This document shows positions 28,974-38,280 of a DNA stretch of 61,346 nucleotides, piece by piece. Source of the DNA: Candidatus Omnitrophota bacterium (lineage in GTDB: Bacteria; Omnitrophota; Gorgyraeia; DAOVKU01); NCBI GenBank assembly GCA_043822625.1, contig JBDRBQ010000067.1, positions 1 through 61,346 on the forward strand, given 5' to 3'. The first letter of the stretch is position 1. Each line of letters begins with the position of its first letter. The notes under the pieces were generated by a model. The model saw nothing but the letters and a program-made list of their open reading frames with translations. It was not told the origin of the DNA and did not search any database. Made by a program: the position numbers and the translations under genes.

Positions 28974-29299
28974 AGAAAGACGATAACGTTTATTTGAAAC
29001 ATATTTCAGATGCTATGGATAGAATAGACGAATATACTTTAAATATAAGTTATGAAAAGTTTATGGATAATAAACTTGTGCAGGATGCGGTGATACGCCA
29101 AATCGAAATTATGGGAGAGGCCGCCAAAAGGTTGTCCAAAGAAATTAGAGAACGATATTCAGAAATACCATGGAGAGATATGGCGGGTATGCGGGATAAA
29201 CTAATACATGATTATCTGGGTGTAGATTTGGATGCTGTTTGGGATACTGCGAAAAAAGACATTCCATTTTTGAAAGAAAAATTTTCGGAAATTAGTTAA
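28970..29299 (+). CDS. HepT (DUF86) HEPN-domain toxin
   Basis: The R(x4)H HEPN motif occurs as MRDKLIHDY. Has 4-nt overlap with the upstream MNT gene. Confidence 0.85.
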   Translation: MKKDDNVYLKHISDAMDRIDEYTLNISYEKFMDNKLVQDAVIRQIEIMGEAAKRLSKEIRERYSEIPWRDMAGMRDKLIHDYLGVDLDAVWDTAKKDIPFLKEKFSEIS

Positions 29300-29317
29300 G
29301 GGCAAAGGAGACGGTTT

Positions 29318-29749
29318 TTGAGAGTACTCGGATTCGATATAGGAACAAAAAGAGTGGGTGTGGCAGTCAGCGACGAACTTGGTATGTGCGCCAACGCTAA
29401 AGATGTTTTCACATATACTACCAAAGAGCTATTAATAAACAAAATTAAGAATTATGCCGAAGAATTGTTTGCTACCGAGATCGTTATCGGTCTGCCCATA
29501 AATATGGATGGCTCTTTAGGCGCTTCTGCCAAAGCAATTATGGAAATTGTCGAAACAGTCAAAAAGGAAGTTTCGATACCGGTTCACACGTTTGATGAAC
29601 GCTTTTCCACGGTTATAGCCGAAGAATTCCTGATAGAAGCTGATCTATCACGCAAAAAGAGAAAAAAAATAATAGACGCGGCTGCCGCGCAGATAATTTT
29701 GCAGGATTATCTGTCAATGATTAAACAAAAAAGAGATACGGGGATATAA
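29318..29749 (+). CDS. ruvX: YqgF/RuvX putative pre-16S rRNA nuclease
   Basis: TTG start. LGFDIGTKRVGVAVSD, P.NMDGS and DER.ST motifs. Confidence 0.85.
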   Translation: MRVLGFDIGTKRVGVAVSDELGMCANAKDVFTYTTKELLINKIKNYAEELFATEIVIGLPINMDGSLGASAKAIMEIVETVKKEVSIPVHTFDERFSTVIAEEFLIEADLSRKKRKKIIDAAAAQIILQDYLSMIKQKRDTGI

Positions 29750-29784
29750 TCGGTAATTTAGGAGGGAAAATAATAACGTTTGGT

Positions 29785-29848
29785 GTAGCTGCAGAGCGAA
29801 GCTCTGCTCAATAGCTTTGTCTATTCACTATTAAACTATGTACTAAAT
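29785..29848. repeat. GTAG-headed hairpin followed by a reverse heptamer arm
   Basis: GTAG CT GCAGAGC GAA GCTCTGC at 29785-29807, then CTATTCACTATTAAACTATGTACTAAATC at 29821-29848, directly before the RBS of the next gene. Confidence 0.7.
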
Positions 29849-29869
29849 CAAAAAGGAGTTTACTTTAAC

Positions 29870-31156
29870 ATGAAAGCTAAAAAAAACAATTACCACATTT
29901 CAACTTTATCAAATGGTTTGCGAGTTTTAAGTTATCCTATGCCAAGCAGAAAATCCGTTACTCTGGGAATATGGTCTGCCTGCGGCGGACGTTACGAAAA
30001 AATGGAAAAAGCCGGCATTTCGCATTTCATCGAACACATGGTTTTTAAAGGTACAAAAAAATATTCTTCCATGGAATTAAAAAAAGCCATCGAGGGCGTG
30101 GGCGGATATTTAAACGCTTTTACTTCAGAGGAATTTACCTGTTATTATTCCAAAGTCGCCGCTTCTTATTTAAATCAGGCAATTGACGTTTTGAGCGATA
30201 TGGTTATTGCCCCAACATTCAGAGAGTCTGATTTTAAAAGAGAAAAATCCGTAATTCTGGAAGAAATTAAATTATATTTCGACCTTCCCAGTCATCACGC
30301 TGTGGAAATTTTATACAAGCTTCTGTGGCCGAATCAGAGTTTAGGCATGTTTCTCGCCGGCACGCATAAAACCGTCGGGGATATAACCTGCGCGGATTTA
30401 AGAAAATTTAAAGAATTGTATTATACTTCCCCAAATATATGTGTCATTGCCTGCGGAGACGTTTCGCATAAACTTGTTTTAGAACAGGTTGAAAAATCGT
30501 TCAAAAATTTTAAAAGCGGCAGTAAGAATAGTTTTCCGCCTGCCGTAAGAACACAGGACAACGCCAAGCTAAAAGTCATTGAAAAAAAACTGGAGCAGAC
30601 GCATCTGGCTATCGGTTTTCATGCCTCGGGAAGACACTCTGAAAATCGTTTCGCCGAAGGCCTTTTAAACATAATGCTCGGTGGAAACATGAGTTCAAGG
30701 CTCTTTCAGGAAGTAAGAGAAAATAAAGGTTTAGCGTACGAAATAGGAAGTCATATAAGAAGATACGACGATACAGGAGCTTTAATAATTAACGCCGGTA
30801 TTCACAACGATAAAAAAGAACAAGCTCTTAAAGTTATTTTTACTGAACTTAAAAAAATAGCCGATAAAAAAGCCGCTGAAGAAGAACTTAAAAGAGCCAA
30901 AGAATTTTTCCGCGGGCAGTTTATGCTTGCTCTCGAAGACACCGCAGAGAGAATGATATGGCTGGGAGAAAGTCTTATCACGCTTGATAAAATAGAAAGC
31001 GAACAGGATATTATGAAAAAGCTTGACGCCATTACCACAGCCGACATCAAAGAAGCTGGAAAACGGCTTTTCAGCGCCGATGGTATTAATTTAAGCATAG
31101 TCGGTCCGGTAAAAAAAGAGGAAGAGAAAAAAATAGAAAAATCTCTTAAAATTTAA
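29870..31156 (+). CDS. M16-family zinc peptidase
   Basis: Inverted zinc motif HFIEHMVFKGT (HxxEH) near the N-terminus, 428 aa. Confidence 0.85.
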   Translation: MKAKKNNYHISTLSNGLRVLSYPMPSRKSVTLGIWSACGGRYEKMEKAGISHFIEHMVFKGTKKYSSMELKKAIEGVGGYLNAFTSEEFTCYYSKVAASYLNQAIDVLSDMVIAPTFRESDFKREKSVILEEIKLYFDLPSHHAVEILYKLLWPNQSLGMFLAGTHKTVGDITCADLRKFKELYYTSPNICVIACGDVSHKLVLEQVEKSFKNFKSGSKNSFPPAVRTQDNAKLKVIEKKLEQTHLAIGFHASGRHSENRFAEGLLNIMLGGNMSSRLFQEVRENKGLAYEIGSHIRRYDDTGALIINAGIHNDKKEQALKVIFTELKKIADKKAAEEELKRAKEFFRGQFMLALEDTAERMIWLGESLITLDKIESEQDIMKKLDAITTADIKEAGKRLFSADGINLSIVGPVKKEEEKKIEKSLKI

Positions 31157-31157
31157 A

Positions 31158-32231
31158 ATGAAAGGTTCGATAAAACTTTTTACCGCGTTCGGTATAGAAA
31201 TAAGAATACACATAACTTTTTTACTGTTGCCTCTTTTGTTTGGTTTTGTGTATGCTTCTCATGGCATAATGACCGGCGTAAGAGCTGTCGTAGTTATATT
31301 TTTTGTTTTTATATGCGTGGTTATGCATGAATTGTGCCACAGTTTAGTAGCTAAAAAATACGGCATCGCGGTAAAAGATATTACCCTGCTTCCCATAGGC
31401 GGGATTGCTTCTATGCAGGCTATTCCAGACAATCCAAAACAGGAATTTGCCATTTCTATCGCAGGACCAAGCTTCAATTTAATTTTTGCCGCGATTATTT
31501 TTTTCCCCATATATTTATTAGTCGGAGAAAATATCAGGCATCCCGGATTCGGCAATTGGCAGGAAGTTTTGGCTTACATGTTTTGGATAAACCCTATACT
31601 GGCGTTCTTTAATCTTTTGCCCGCCTTTCCCATGGACGGCGGCAGGGTTTTGCGTTCGGTTTTGGCACGCAAAATGGAGTATGGACACGCCACCAGAATC
31701 GCCGTCGGACTCGGTCATACCTTTAGTTTGATTTTCGGTTTTCTGGGAATCGTATCCGCCAATATTATTTTAATTCTGATAGCTATTTTTATTTACGTAG
31801 CAGCGTCGCAGGAAGGACTACAGGTTGATTTACGCCTCACTTTAAGGCGGTTTAAAGTAAAGGATATTTTGCCGGCGAATTTCGTCAGCGTAGAGCAGGA
31901 AACACCTTTTTCGAAAATACTAGAATTGATTTTTCATACTCATCAGGAAAATTTTCCGGTAGTAGAAAATTCCAAATTAACCGGTTTAATCTGCCGGAAT
32001 GATATTTTATTCTGTATGCATCAGGGATGCGCCGATAAAAAAGCCAAAGATTTTATGCGCGCGGACATCAAAGCTGTTTCTCCCGAAGAACCCCTCAATA
32101 AAGTTTATTTGAGAATGCAGGAGTTTCAGGTAAAAGCACTGCCTGTAGTACAAAGAGGGGTTTTAAAAGGCATTATTACTTTAGAAGACATCAGCAGGGT
32201 TTATCACTTATTGTCTCAAAATAAATATTAA
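31158..32231 (+). CDS. M50 site-2 protease-family metalloprotease with C-terminal CBS pair
   Basis: HELCHS (HExxH) inside a membrane helix, the second motif NLLPAFPMDGG, then a CBS pair. Confidence 0.85.
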   Translation: MKGSIKLFTAFGIEIRIHITFLLLPLLFGFVYASHGIMTGVRAVVVIFFVFICVVMHELCHSLVAKKYGIAVKDITLLPIGGIASMQAIPDNPKQEFAISIAGPSFNLIFAAIIFFPIYLLVGENIRHPGFGNWQEVLAYMFWINPILAFFNLLPAFPMDGGRVLRSVLARKMEYGHATRIAVGLGHTFSLIFGFLGIVSANIILILIAIFIYVAASQEGLQVDLRLTLRRFKVKDILPANFVSVEQETPFSKILELIFHTHQENFPVVENSKLTGLICRNDILFCMHQGCADKKAKDFMRADIKAVSPEEPLNKVYLRMQEFQVKALPVVQRGVLKGIITLEDISRVYHLLSQNKY

Positions 32232-32245
32232 CGCGAGGAAAACAA

Positions 32246-32884
32246 ATGACAGAGAAAAAAATTAAAATAGCGCCGTCGCTTTTATCAGCGGATTTCGGTT
32301 GTCTTGAGAAAGACATGAAAGAAATCGAAAACATAGTGGATATGTGGCACATAGATGTAATGGACGGACATTTCGTGCCGAACATAACCATAGGGCCCGT
32401 GGTAGTAAAAAGCCTCAAAGGCAAAACAAAGCTTCCCTTAGACGTACATTTAATGATAAGCAAACCTGAAAAATTCGTGGACTCCTTTATAAAAGCAGGT
32501 GCTGATTTACTTACTTTTCATATAGAAGCGGTTCCGAATCCGGAAAAAATCCTCCGCGCCATCAAAAAAAAGGGTATAAAATGCGGCTTATCCGTCAACC
32601 CTGAAACCTCAATCGAAAAAATAAAACCCTATTTAAAAATAGTTGATTTAGTACTGATTATGAGCGTGCATCCCGGTTTCGGCGGGCAAAAATTCATCAA
32701 CTACTGCGCGGACAAAATTAAAAAAATAAGACCCCTTTATGACGGACAAATAAGTATAGACGGCGGCATCAACGACATCACCGCCAAAAAAGCCGTATCC
32801 GCCGGAGTAGATATCTTAGTAGCCGGAAACTACATCTTTTCCGCCAAAGACAGAAAAGCGGCGATAGAGAAATTAAAGAAATAG
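32246..32884 (+). CDS. rpe: ribulose-phosphate 3-epimerase
   Basis: APS.LSADF, H.DVMDGHFVPN, M.V.PGFGGQ.F and DGG.N motifs. Confidence 0.93.
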   Translation: MTEKKIKIAPSLLSADFGCLEKDMKEIENIVDMWHIDVMDGHFVPNITIGPVVVKSLKGKTKLPLDVHLMISKPEKFVDSFIKAGADLLTFHIEAVPNPEKILRAIKKKGIKCGLSVNPETSIEKIKPYLKIVDLVLIMSVHPGFGGQKFINYCADKIKKIRPLYDGQISIDGGINDITAKKAVSAGVDILVAGNYIFSAKDRKAAIEKLKK

Positions 32885-32907
32885 TGAATGGTTTAATGGT
32901 GAATAGT
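32882..32907. repeat. forward heptamer (TNAATRG) run starting with the rpe stop codon
   Basis: TAGTGAATGGTTTAATGGTGAATAGT. Confidence 0.75.
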
Positions 32908-32965
32908 CATCCCCCTGTCCCACCTCCGAGGTGAGACCGGGAGTTATTACAAAAAATATAAAAAA

Positions 32966-33694
32966 ATGAAATGTCCAGTATGCAATGAAAATTTAAAAAC
33001 AACTATTTGTAAAAATCAAGAACTCGATACTTGCCCCAAATGCGGCGGAATATGGTTCGATGAAGGAGAGCTATATAAAGTCGTCGAAAGCATGATATCT
33101 AACAATGAAGTAACTCCTCTTACACTTGAACAATCTCTCAGAAAGAAAGTAATAAGCCCTCAAAGAATAAAACAACCAATTCTAAAATGCCCCCGATGCC
33201 ACGTTGATATGCGAATATATAATTACGCTTATAATTCGAACGTTTTGCTTGATCAATGTCCCGATTGTAACGGACTATGGACAGATAAAGGTGAAATCCA
33301 AACTGCGGCACAATATATCAAGGGTAATGAAAAAATAGAAAGCTACGCTAAAGCCTTAACTGAGCTTTGTCCGCGCTATCAAAAAAAGAGAGGTAAGACC
33401 GATAGGGTTATTGCGTCAATAATTGCTTTATTTTACCTTGGAGGGGCTTATGTTCATTTTGGAGCGGAAGCATTTTTTAGAATATTTTTATTTTTAATAT
33501 TACCGCTTGCTTGTATTTTCTTTAGCGAGACTATGGGAAATATGACCGGGTTTATAGCAAAGCCCTGTTCTCCTGTAATAACAAAACCAAGCCCGCCTTT
33601 TTTAATTGCTTTATTGGGATGGGTTTTGCTACTTTTGCCCATGGTAATTGGTATATGCTGGAACCTTAACGGCAGTTTTTGTCAATGTCGATAA
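32966..33694 (+). CDS. membrane protein with two zf-TFIIB-like zinc ribbons
   Basis: Two modules of CP.C......C..CGG.W.D.GE (KCPVC...CPKCGGIWFDEGEL and CPRCH...CPDCNGLWTDKGE), followed by hydrophobic C-terminal helices. Confidence 0.6.
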   Translation: MKCPVCNENLKTTICKNQELDTCPKCGGIWFDEGELYKVVESMISNNEVTPLTLEQSLRKKVISPQRIKQPILKCPRCHVDMRIYNYAYNSNVLLDQCPDCNGLWTDKGEIQTAAQYIKGNEKIESYAKALTELCPRYQKKRGKTDRVIASIIALFYLGGAYVHFGAEAFFRIFLFLILPLACIFFSETMGNMTGFIAKPCSPVITKPSPPFLIALLGWVLLLLPMVIGICWNLNGSFCQCR

Positions 33695-33730
33695 ATAAAA
33701 ATAAAATATATTATCATTTTATTATTACCC

Positions 33731-33759
33731 TTGCATATTTCCCTCGAAAATTATACAAT
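33731..33759 (+). promoter_or_regulatory. sigma70-like promoter upstream of the phosphohexomutase gene
   Basis: TTGCAT (33731-33736), 17 bp, TACAAT (33754-33759). Confidence 0.35.
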
Positions 33760-33832
33760 AGTGCTACTAAAAAGCTCTTTAGGGGCTTTTTGTTTGATTT
33801 TAAGATAACTAAAAATACGGAGGAGAGGAAAA

Positions 33833-35248
33833 ATGATTAAGTTTGGTACTGACGGCTGGCGGGCGCGCATTTCAGAAGAATTTACGTTTGAAAACGTTCG
33901 TGTTCTGGCTCAGGCGATATCCGACTTGCTTCATTCGGAAAACAAAAACAAGACCAAAAAACCGCATATGTTAATCGGCTACGATACGCGTTTTTTATCG
34001 AATGAATACGCAAAGCTGATGGCGGAAGTTTTTTGCGCGAATAAGATAAAAGTCAGCCTGACTACGAAACCTACACCTACTCAGATAATCAGTTTTTCGA
34101 TTGTGAACAGGCATTTAGACGGCGGTATAATGGTTACCGCCAGTCATAATCCTCCGGAATTCAACGGTATAAAATTTAGAGCTAATTTCGGAGGTTCTCC
34201 CGACGAATCTTTTACTAAAAAAATTGAGTCTAAACTTCATAAATCAAAAGTAAACTCCATTTCTCTCGATGACGCTAAAAAGAAAAACTTATTCGATTTT
34301 GCCGATGATTTAGACGATAATTACATAAAATTTCTTAATAACTATGTAGATATCAAGAAAATAAAAAATTCGAATTTAAAACTATTGATAGACCCTATGC
34401 ACGGCGCGGGCATCGGCTATCTGGAAAAAATATTAAAGGGCGGAAAATTAAAAATCGAAACGACGCGTTCTTTTATCAATCCTTCTTTCGGAGGAGTAAA
34501 TCCCGAGCCTATAGAAAAAAATTTGCTTTCATCTATGAAAATAATGAAAGACGGGGATTTCGATATGTGCATTGCCACCGACGGCGACGCGGACAGGGTC
34601 GGCGCTATAAATGAAAAAGGAGTTTTTATTACGACTCAGCAGGTGTTTATGCTTCTTTTTGTGCACATGGTTGAAGATAAATTGATGAGGGGCGATTTAG
34701 CCCGGACAGTTTCGGCTACGAACATACTGGATAAAATTGCCAACAAATTTAATCTGGGAATATTCGAGACCGCGGTAGGATTTAAATACATAGCCTCTAT
34801 TATCCGCGACAAAGACATTTTGATAGGAGGAGAAGAATCAGGCGGTTACAGTTTTAAAAATTACATACCCGAAAGAGACGGGATTTTGGCAGGACTTCTT
34901 TTGCTGGAAATGATGGTTATGAAAAAAGAAAAAATTTCCGCGATTCTGGATTCTATCGAGAAAATATACGGGCGTTCCCGTTTTGTGAGAAAAGATGTTC
35001 ATTATCCTCTGGAATTAAAGGAAAAGTTCTTAACCAAGGTTAAAAAAGAACCTCCTGTGAAATTGGCCGGTAAAAAAATAACTAAAATCCAAACTATAGA
35101 CGGCATAAAATTCGTACTTGAAGATGAAAGCTGGTTGCTTTTGAGGTTTTCGGGAACTGAACCGTTATTGCGTATTTACGCGGAAACCGATTCACTTTCC
35201 AAGACCGAAAAATTAATAGAAGCGGGGTTGAAATTAACCGCGGTTTAA
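33833..35248 (+). CDS. alpha-D-phosphohexomutase (phosphoglucomutase/phosphomannomutase)
   Basis: Active-site TASHNPPEFNGIKF, metal loop ATDGDADR and sugar loop GGEESGG. Confidence 0.88.
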   Translation: MIKFGTDGWRARISEEFTFENVRVLAQAISDLLHSENKNKTKKPHMLIGYDTRFLSNEYAKLMAEVFCANKIKVSLTTKPTPTQIISFSIVNRHLDGGIMVTASHNPPEFNGIKFRANFGGSPDESFTKKIESKLHKSKVNSISLDDAKKKNLFDFADDLDDNYIKFLNNYVDIKKIKNSNLKLLIDPMHGAGIGYLEKILKGGKLKIETTRSFINPSFGGVNPEPIEKNLLSSMKIMKDGDFDMCIATDGDADRVGAINEKGVFITTQQVFMLLFVHMVEDKLMRGDLARTVSATNILDKIANKFNLGIFETAVGFKYIASIIRDKDILIGGEESGGYSFKNYIPERDGILAGLLLLEMMVMKKEKISAILDSIEKIYGRSRFVRKDVHYPLELKEKFLTKVKKEPPVKLAGKKITKIQTIDGIKFVLEDESWLLLRFSGTEPLLRIYAETDSLSKTEKLIEAGLKLTAV

Positions 35249-35251
35249 GAA

Positions 35252-35350
35252 ATAGTTTATGGTTTAATGGTGAATGGTAGGGGCCAATGCCTGCCTGCCT
35301 GCCTGCCTGCCTGCCATATAATTTTGGTAGGCGGGCCTGCCGGTAGGCAA
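35252..35350. repeat. heptamer run, (GCCT)n microsatellite and GTAGG-headed palindromes
   Basis: ATAGTTTATGGTTTAATGGTGAATGGTAG at 35252-35280, GCCTGCCTGCCTGCCTGCCTGCC at 35289-35311, then GGTAGGCGGGCCTGCCGGTAGGCAAGG at 35322-35348. Confidence 0.8.
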
Positions 35351-35396
35351 GGTGTCCGCCAGTAATAAAATACACTTAAAAAGAGTTTAAAAAAAC

Positions 35397-37190
35397 ATGG
35401 AACAAAAATTTATCAGAAACTTTTCGATTATAGCGCATATCGACCACGGCAAATCAACTTTGGCGGATAAAATTCTCACCTTTACCAAGGCTGTGGATCC
35501 CCGCGACTTAAAAGCGCAAATGCTGGATGATATGGATCTTGAACGCGAAAGAGGCATTACCATTAAAGCCAGCGCGGTGCGATTGGAATATCCGGCCAAA
35601 GACGGCAATACTTACATGCTTAATTTGATAGACACCCCCGGACATGTGGATTTTACTTACGAAGTCTCCAAAGCGCTCGCGGCCTGCGAAGGAACTTTGA
35701 TTTTGGTGGATGCCTCACAGGGCGTAGAAGCGCAAACACTGGCGAATCTGCATCTTGCTCAGGAACATAACCTTGTAATTATTCCTATCATAAATAAAAT
35801 AGATATAAAAAATATTGATATTTCTAGAGTAGAAGACCAGATCCGAAACATATTAAAATTGGAGAAGGAAAAAATTATACTTGCCAGCGCGAAAGAAGGT
35901 ATCGGTATCGAAGAGATTTTATCCGAAGTAATAGAACGGGTACCAGCGCCGCAGGGAGAGTCTCAGCACTCATTAAAAGCCCTTATTTTCGATTCAAGCT
36001 ATGATTCTTACCGTGGAGTAGTGGTTTATGTTCGTATAAAAGACGGTTCGGTTAAAAAAGGCCAATTCATAAAAATGATGGCCAGCGGCAAAACTTACGA
36101 AGTCCAGTCTTTGGGTGTTTTGAAACCCAAGCCGGAGGAAATCAATGAATTAAGGTGCGGCGAGGTAGGTTTCATTATCGCGAACATAAAAGAAGCCCGG
36201 GAAATAAATATAGGCGATACTATCACCGGCCTTAAAAATCCGGCGGATAAGCCCTTGGCAGGATACAAAATAGTTAAGCCGCTTGTTTTTGCTTCTTTTT
36301 ATCCTGTTAATTCCAAAGATTTCGAGTTATTACGGCAGGGGATGGAAAGGCTCAGACTTTCGGATGCTTCTTTCACTTTCGAAGCCGAATCTTCAAGTTC
36401 CCTTGGATTCGGTTTTAGGTGCGGATTTTTGGGACTTCTGCACATGGAAATAATACAGGAGCGGCTGGAAAGAGAATCCGATTTGAATATTTTAGTTACT
36501 ACTCCCACGGTTGTGCATAAAATAAAAAATACCTCCGGAGAAATAGTCGACGTGGAAAATCCTTCTAAATTGCCGGAAGCCGTGAAAATAAAAGAATTTC
36601 AGGAACCGTGGATAAAAGCTTTTATTATGGTGCCTCAGGATAGTATCGGTTCGATTTTCAAATTAGCGCAAGACAGACGAGGTATTTATAAATCAACTCA
36701 GATGTTGGATGAAAACAGATTAATATTGATTTATGAACTTCCTTTGAGTGAAGTAATTGTTGATTTTTACGATAAAATAAAATCAGCAACGAAAGGTTAC
36801 GGTTCTCTGGATTATGAGCTTATCGGATACAGGACAGGGTCACTGGTGAAATTAGATGTGCTGATAAACGACACGCCGTGCGATGAATTAAGTCTGATTG
36901 TTCACAAAGAAAAAGCCTATTACAAAGGAAAAAAACTGGTTGAAACCCTTTCCGAACATATTCCGCGGCAATTATTTGAAGTTAATATTCAGGCGGCTAT
37001 CGGCAATAAAATAATATCGAAAGCAAGGGTTCGTCCTCTTTCAAAGAACGTTACCGGAAAATGTTACGGCGGAGACATTACCAGAAAAAGAAAATTATGG
37101 GAAAAGCAGAAAGAAGGCAAGAAGAGAATGAAGCAATTCGGTAAGGTTCAAATTCCACAGGAAGCGTTTATGTCGGTAATAAAAATATAA
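35397..37190 (+). CDS. lepA: elongation factor 4
   Basis: IRNFSIIAHIDHGKSTLAD, DTPGHVDF, and the characteristic LepA C-terminal domain. Confidence 0.97.
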   Translation: MEQKFIRNFSIIAHIDHGKSTLADKILTFTKAVDPRDLKAQMLDDMDLERERGITIKASAVRLEYPAKDGNTYMLNLIDTPGHVDFTYEVSKALAACEGTLILVDASQGVEAQTLANLHLAQEHNLVIIPIINKIDIKNIDISRVEDQIRNILKLEKEKIILASAKEGIGIEEILSEVIERVPAPQGESQHSLKALIFDSSYDSYRGVVVYVRIKDGSVKKGQFIKMMASGKTYEVQSLGVLKPKPEEINELRCGEVGFIIANIKEAREINIGDTITGLKNPADKPLAGYKIVKPLVFASFYPVNSKDFELLRQGMERLRLSDASFTFEAESSSSLGFGFRCGFLGLLHMEIIQERLERESDLNILVTTPTVVHKIKNTSGEIVDVENPSKLPEAVKIKEFQEPWIKAFIMVPQDSIGSIFKLAQDRRGIYKSTQMLDENRLILIYELPLSEVIVDFYDKIKSATKGYGSLDYELIGYRTGSLVKLDVLINDTPCDELSLIVHKEKAYYKGKKLVETLSEHIPRQLFEVNIQAAIGNKIISKARVRPLSKNVTGKCYGGDITRKRKLWEKQKEGKKRMKQFGKVQIPQEAFMSVIKI

Positions 37191-37206
37191 AAAGAAAGGC
37201 ACCATA

Positions 37207-37749
37207 ATGGACAAAGAAAAATTAAGAATATTTATCAAAGAGTGGGTAGAACCTATATTAATTGCCATAATCTTAGCGTTGATTATTCGGACTTTTTTTA
37301 TGCAGGCATTCAAAATTCCCTCCGGTTCGATGAGGCTAACTTTGCAAGAAGGCGACCGTATTCTTGTCAATAAACTGATTTACCGGTTCAAAGACCCCCA
37401 AACCGGAGACATCGTAGTTTTTAAATATCCTGAAGACCCGAAAAAAGATTTTATCAAAAGACTAATCGCCAAAGAAGGAGAAACGGTTCAAATAAAAGAG
37501 GGGGATATTTATATAGATGGAGAATTGATAAAACTGCCGGCCATAAAAAATATTACCTATGTTAACAGCGGAAGCTTAAATGATGAAAATAGTTCAGTTA
37601 CCGTGCCGGAAGGCACTTATTTTGTGCTTGGCGATAACAGCGCTAACAGCAGGGATTCAAGATATTGGGGATTTGTTCCTAAAAAAAATATGATAGGCAA
37701 AGCCTTTGTAATATATTGGCCTATTACGCGGTGGCAATTAACGAAGTAA
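37207..37749 (+). CDS. lepB: signal peptidase I
   Basis: IPSGSM (catalytic Ser), GD...V.K, KR..A..G and GDN...S.DSRYWG motifs. Confidence 0.9.
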   Translation: MDKEKLRIFIKEWVEPILIAIILALIIRTFFMQAFKIPSGSMRLTLQEGDRILVNKLIYRFKDPQTGDIVVFKYPEDPKKDFIKRLIAKEGETVQIKEGDIYIDGELIKLPAIKNITYVNSGSLNDENSSVTVPEGTYFVLGDNSANSRDSRYWGFVPKKNMIGKAFVIYWPITRWQLTK

Positions 37750-37821
37750 ATAGTTTAATAGTGAATGGTGAGATAGTACAAATTGTCATCCTGACCCTGA
37801 GCGCAGTCGAAGGAGAAGGAT
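37748..37821. repeat. forward heptamer run plus GTCATCCTGA-type element
   Basis: AAATAGTTTAATAGTGAATGGTGAGATAGTAC (37748-37779) overlaps the lepB TAA. GTCATCCTGACCCTGAGCGCAGTCGAAGGAGAAGGAT follows at 37785-37821. Confidence 0.75.
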
Positions 37822-37957
37822 ATTGAAAGGGAACAGACTTTTTTGCATTATCAACATAGCTGTATAGGACATTTCTATTTTGCATTGACATTGAATTTTA
37901 ATATTTGCCGTGATATACTAATTTATAGGGGAACAAACAAAAAAGGCGGTGATAAGT

Positions 37958-38257
37958 ATGAGAAACATAATGCTATTATTTTTAATTATTTGTGTGGCAA
38001 TGGTTTGCGGATGCACTACTACTCAGAAAGGTGCGGGCTTAGGCGCGGTCACGGGCGCGGGCTTAGGCGCTATTATCGGTCATCAATCCGGTCACGGCGG
38101 AGAAGGCGCGGCTATAGGAGCGGCTGTAGGAGGATTGGGTGGAGCGCTTATTGGTGAACAGGTAGCTAAAAAATTCTGCCCTGTTTGCGGAGCTACTTAC
38201 CCCGGTGACGTACAATATTGTCCCAAAGACGGTACCCAATTAGAGTGGAAAAAGTAA
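37958..38257 (+). CDS. glycine-zipper lipoprotein with C-terminal zinc-ribbon motif
   Basis: Signal peptide ending in a lipobox-like VCGC, G-x3-G repeats (GAGLGAVTGAGLGAIIG...GAAVGGLGGALIG), then CPVCG...YCPKDG. Start is ATG 37958 or GTG 37949. Confidence 0.6.
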   Translation: MRNIMLLFLIICVAMVCGCTTTQKGAGLGAVTGAGLGAIIGHQSGHGGEGAAIGAAVGGLGGALIGEQVAKKFCPVCGATYPGDVQYCPKDGTQLEWKK

Positions 38258-38280
38258 TAAATTATTTTTAAGATAAGACT

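Noticed and set aside
37843-38157. A 104-aa ORF rich in Arg/Gly that overlaps the glycine-zipper gene.
   Set aside because: It is an alternative frame of the GGC/GCG-rich glycine-zipper coding region. The lipoprotein frame has a signal peptide and a coherent domain logic.
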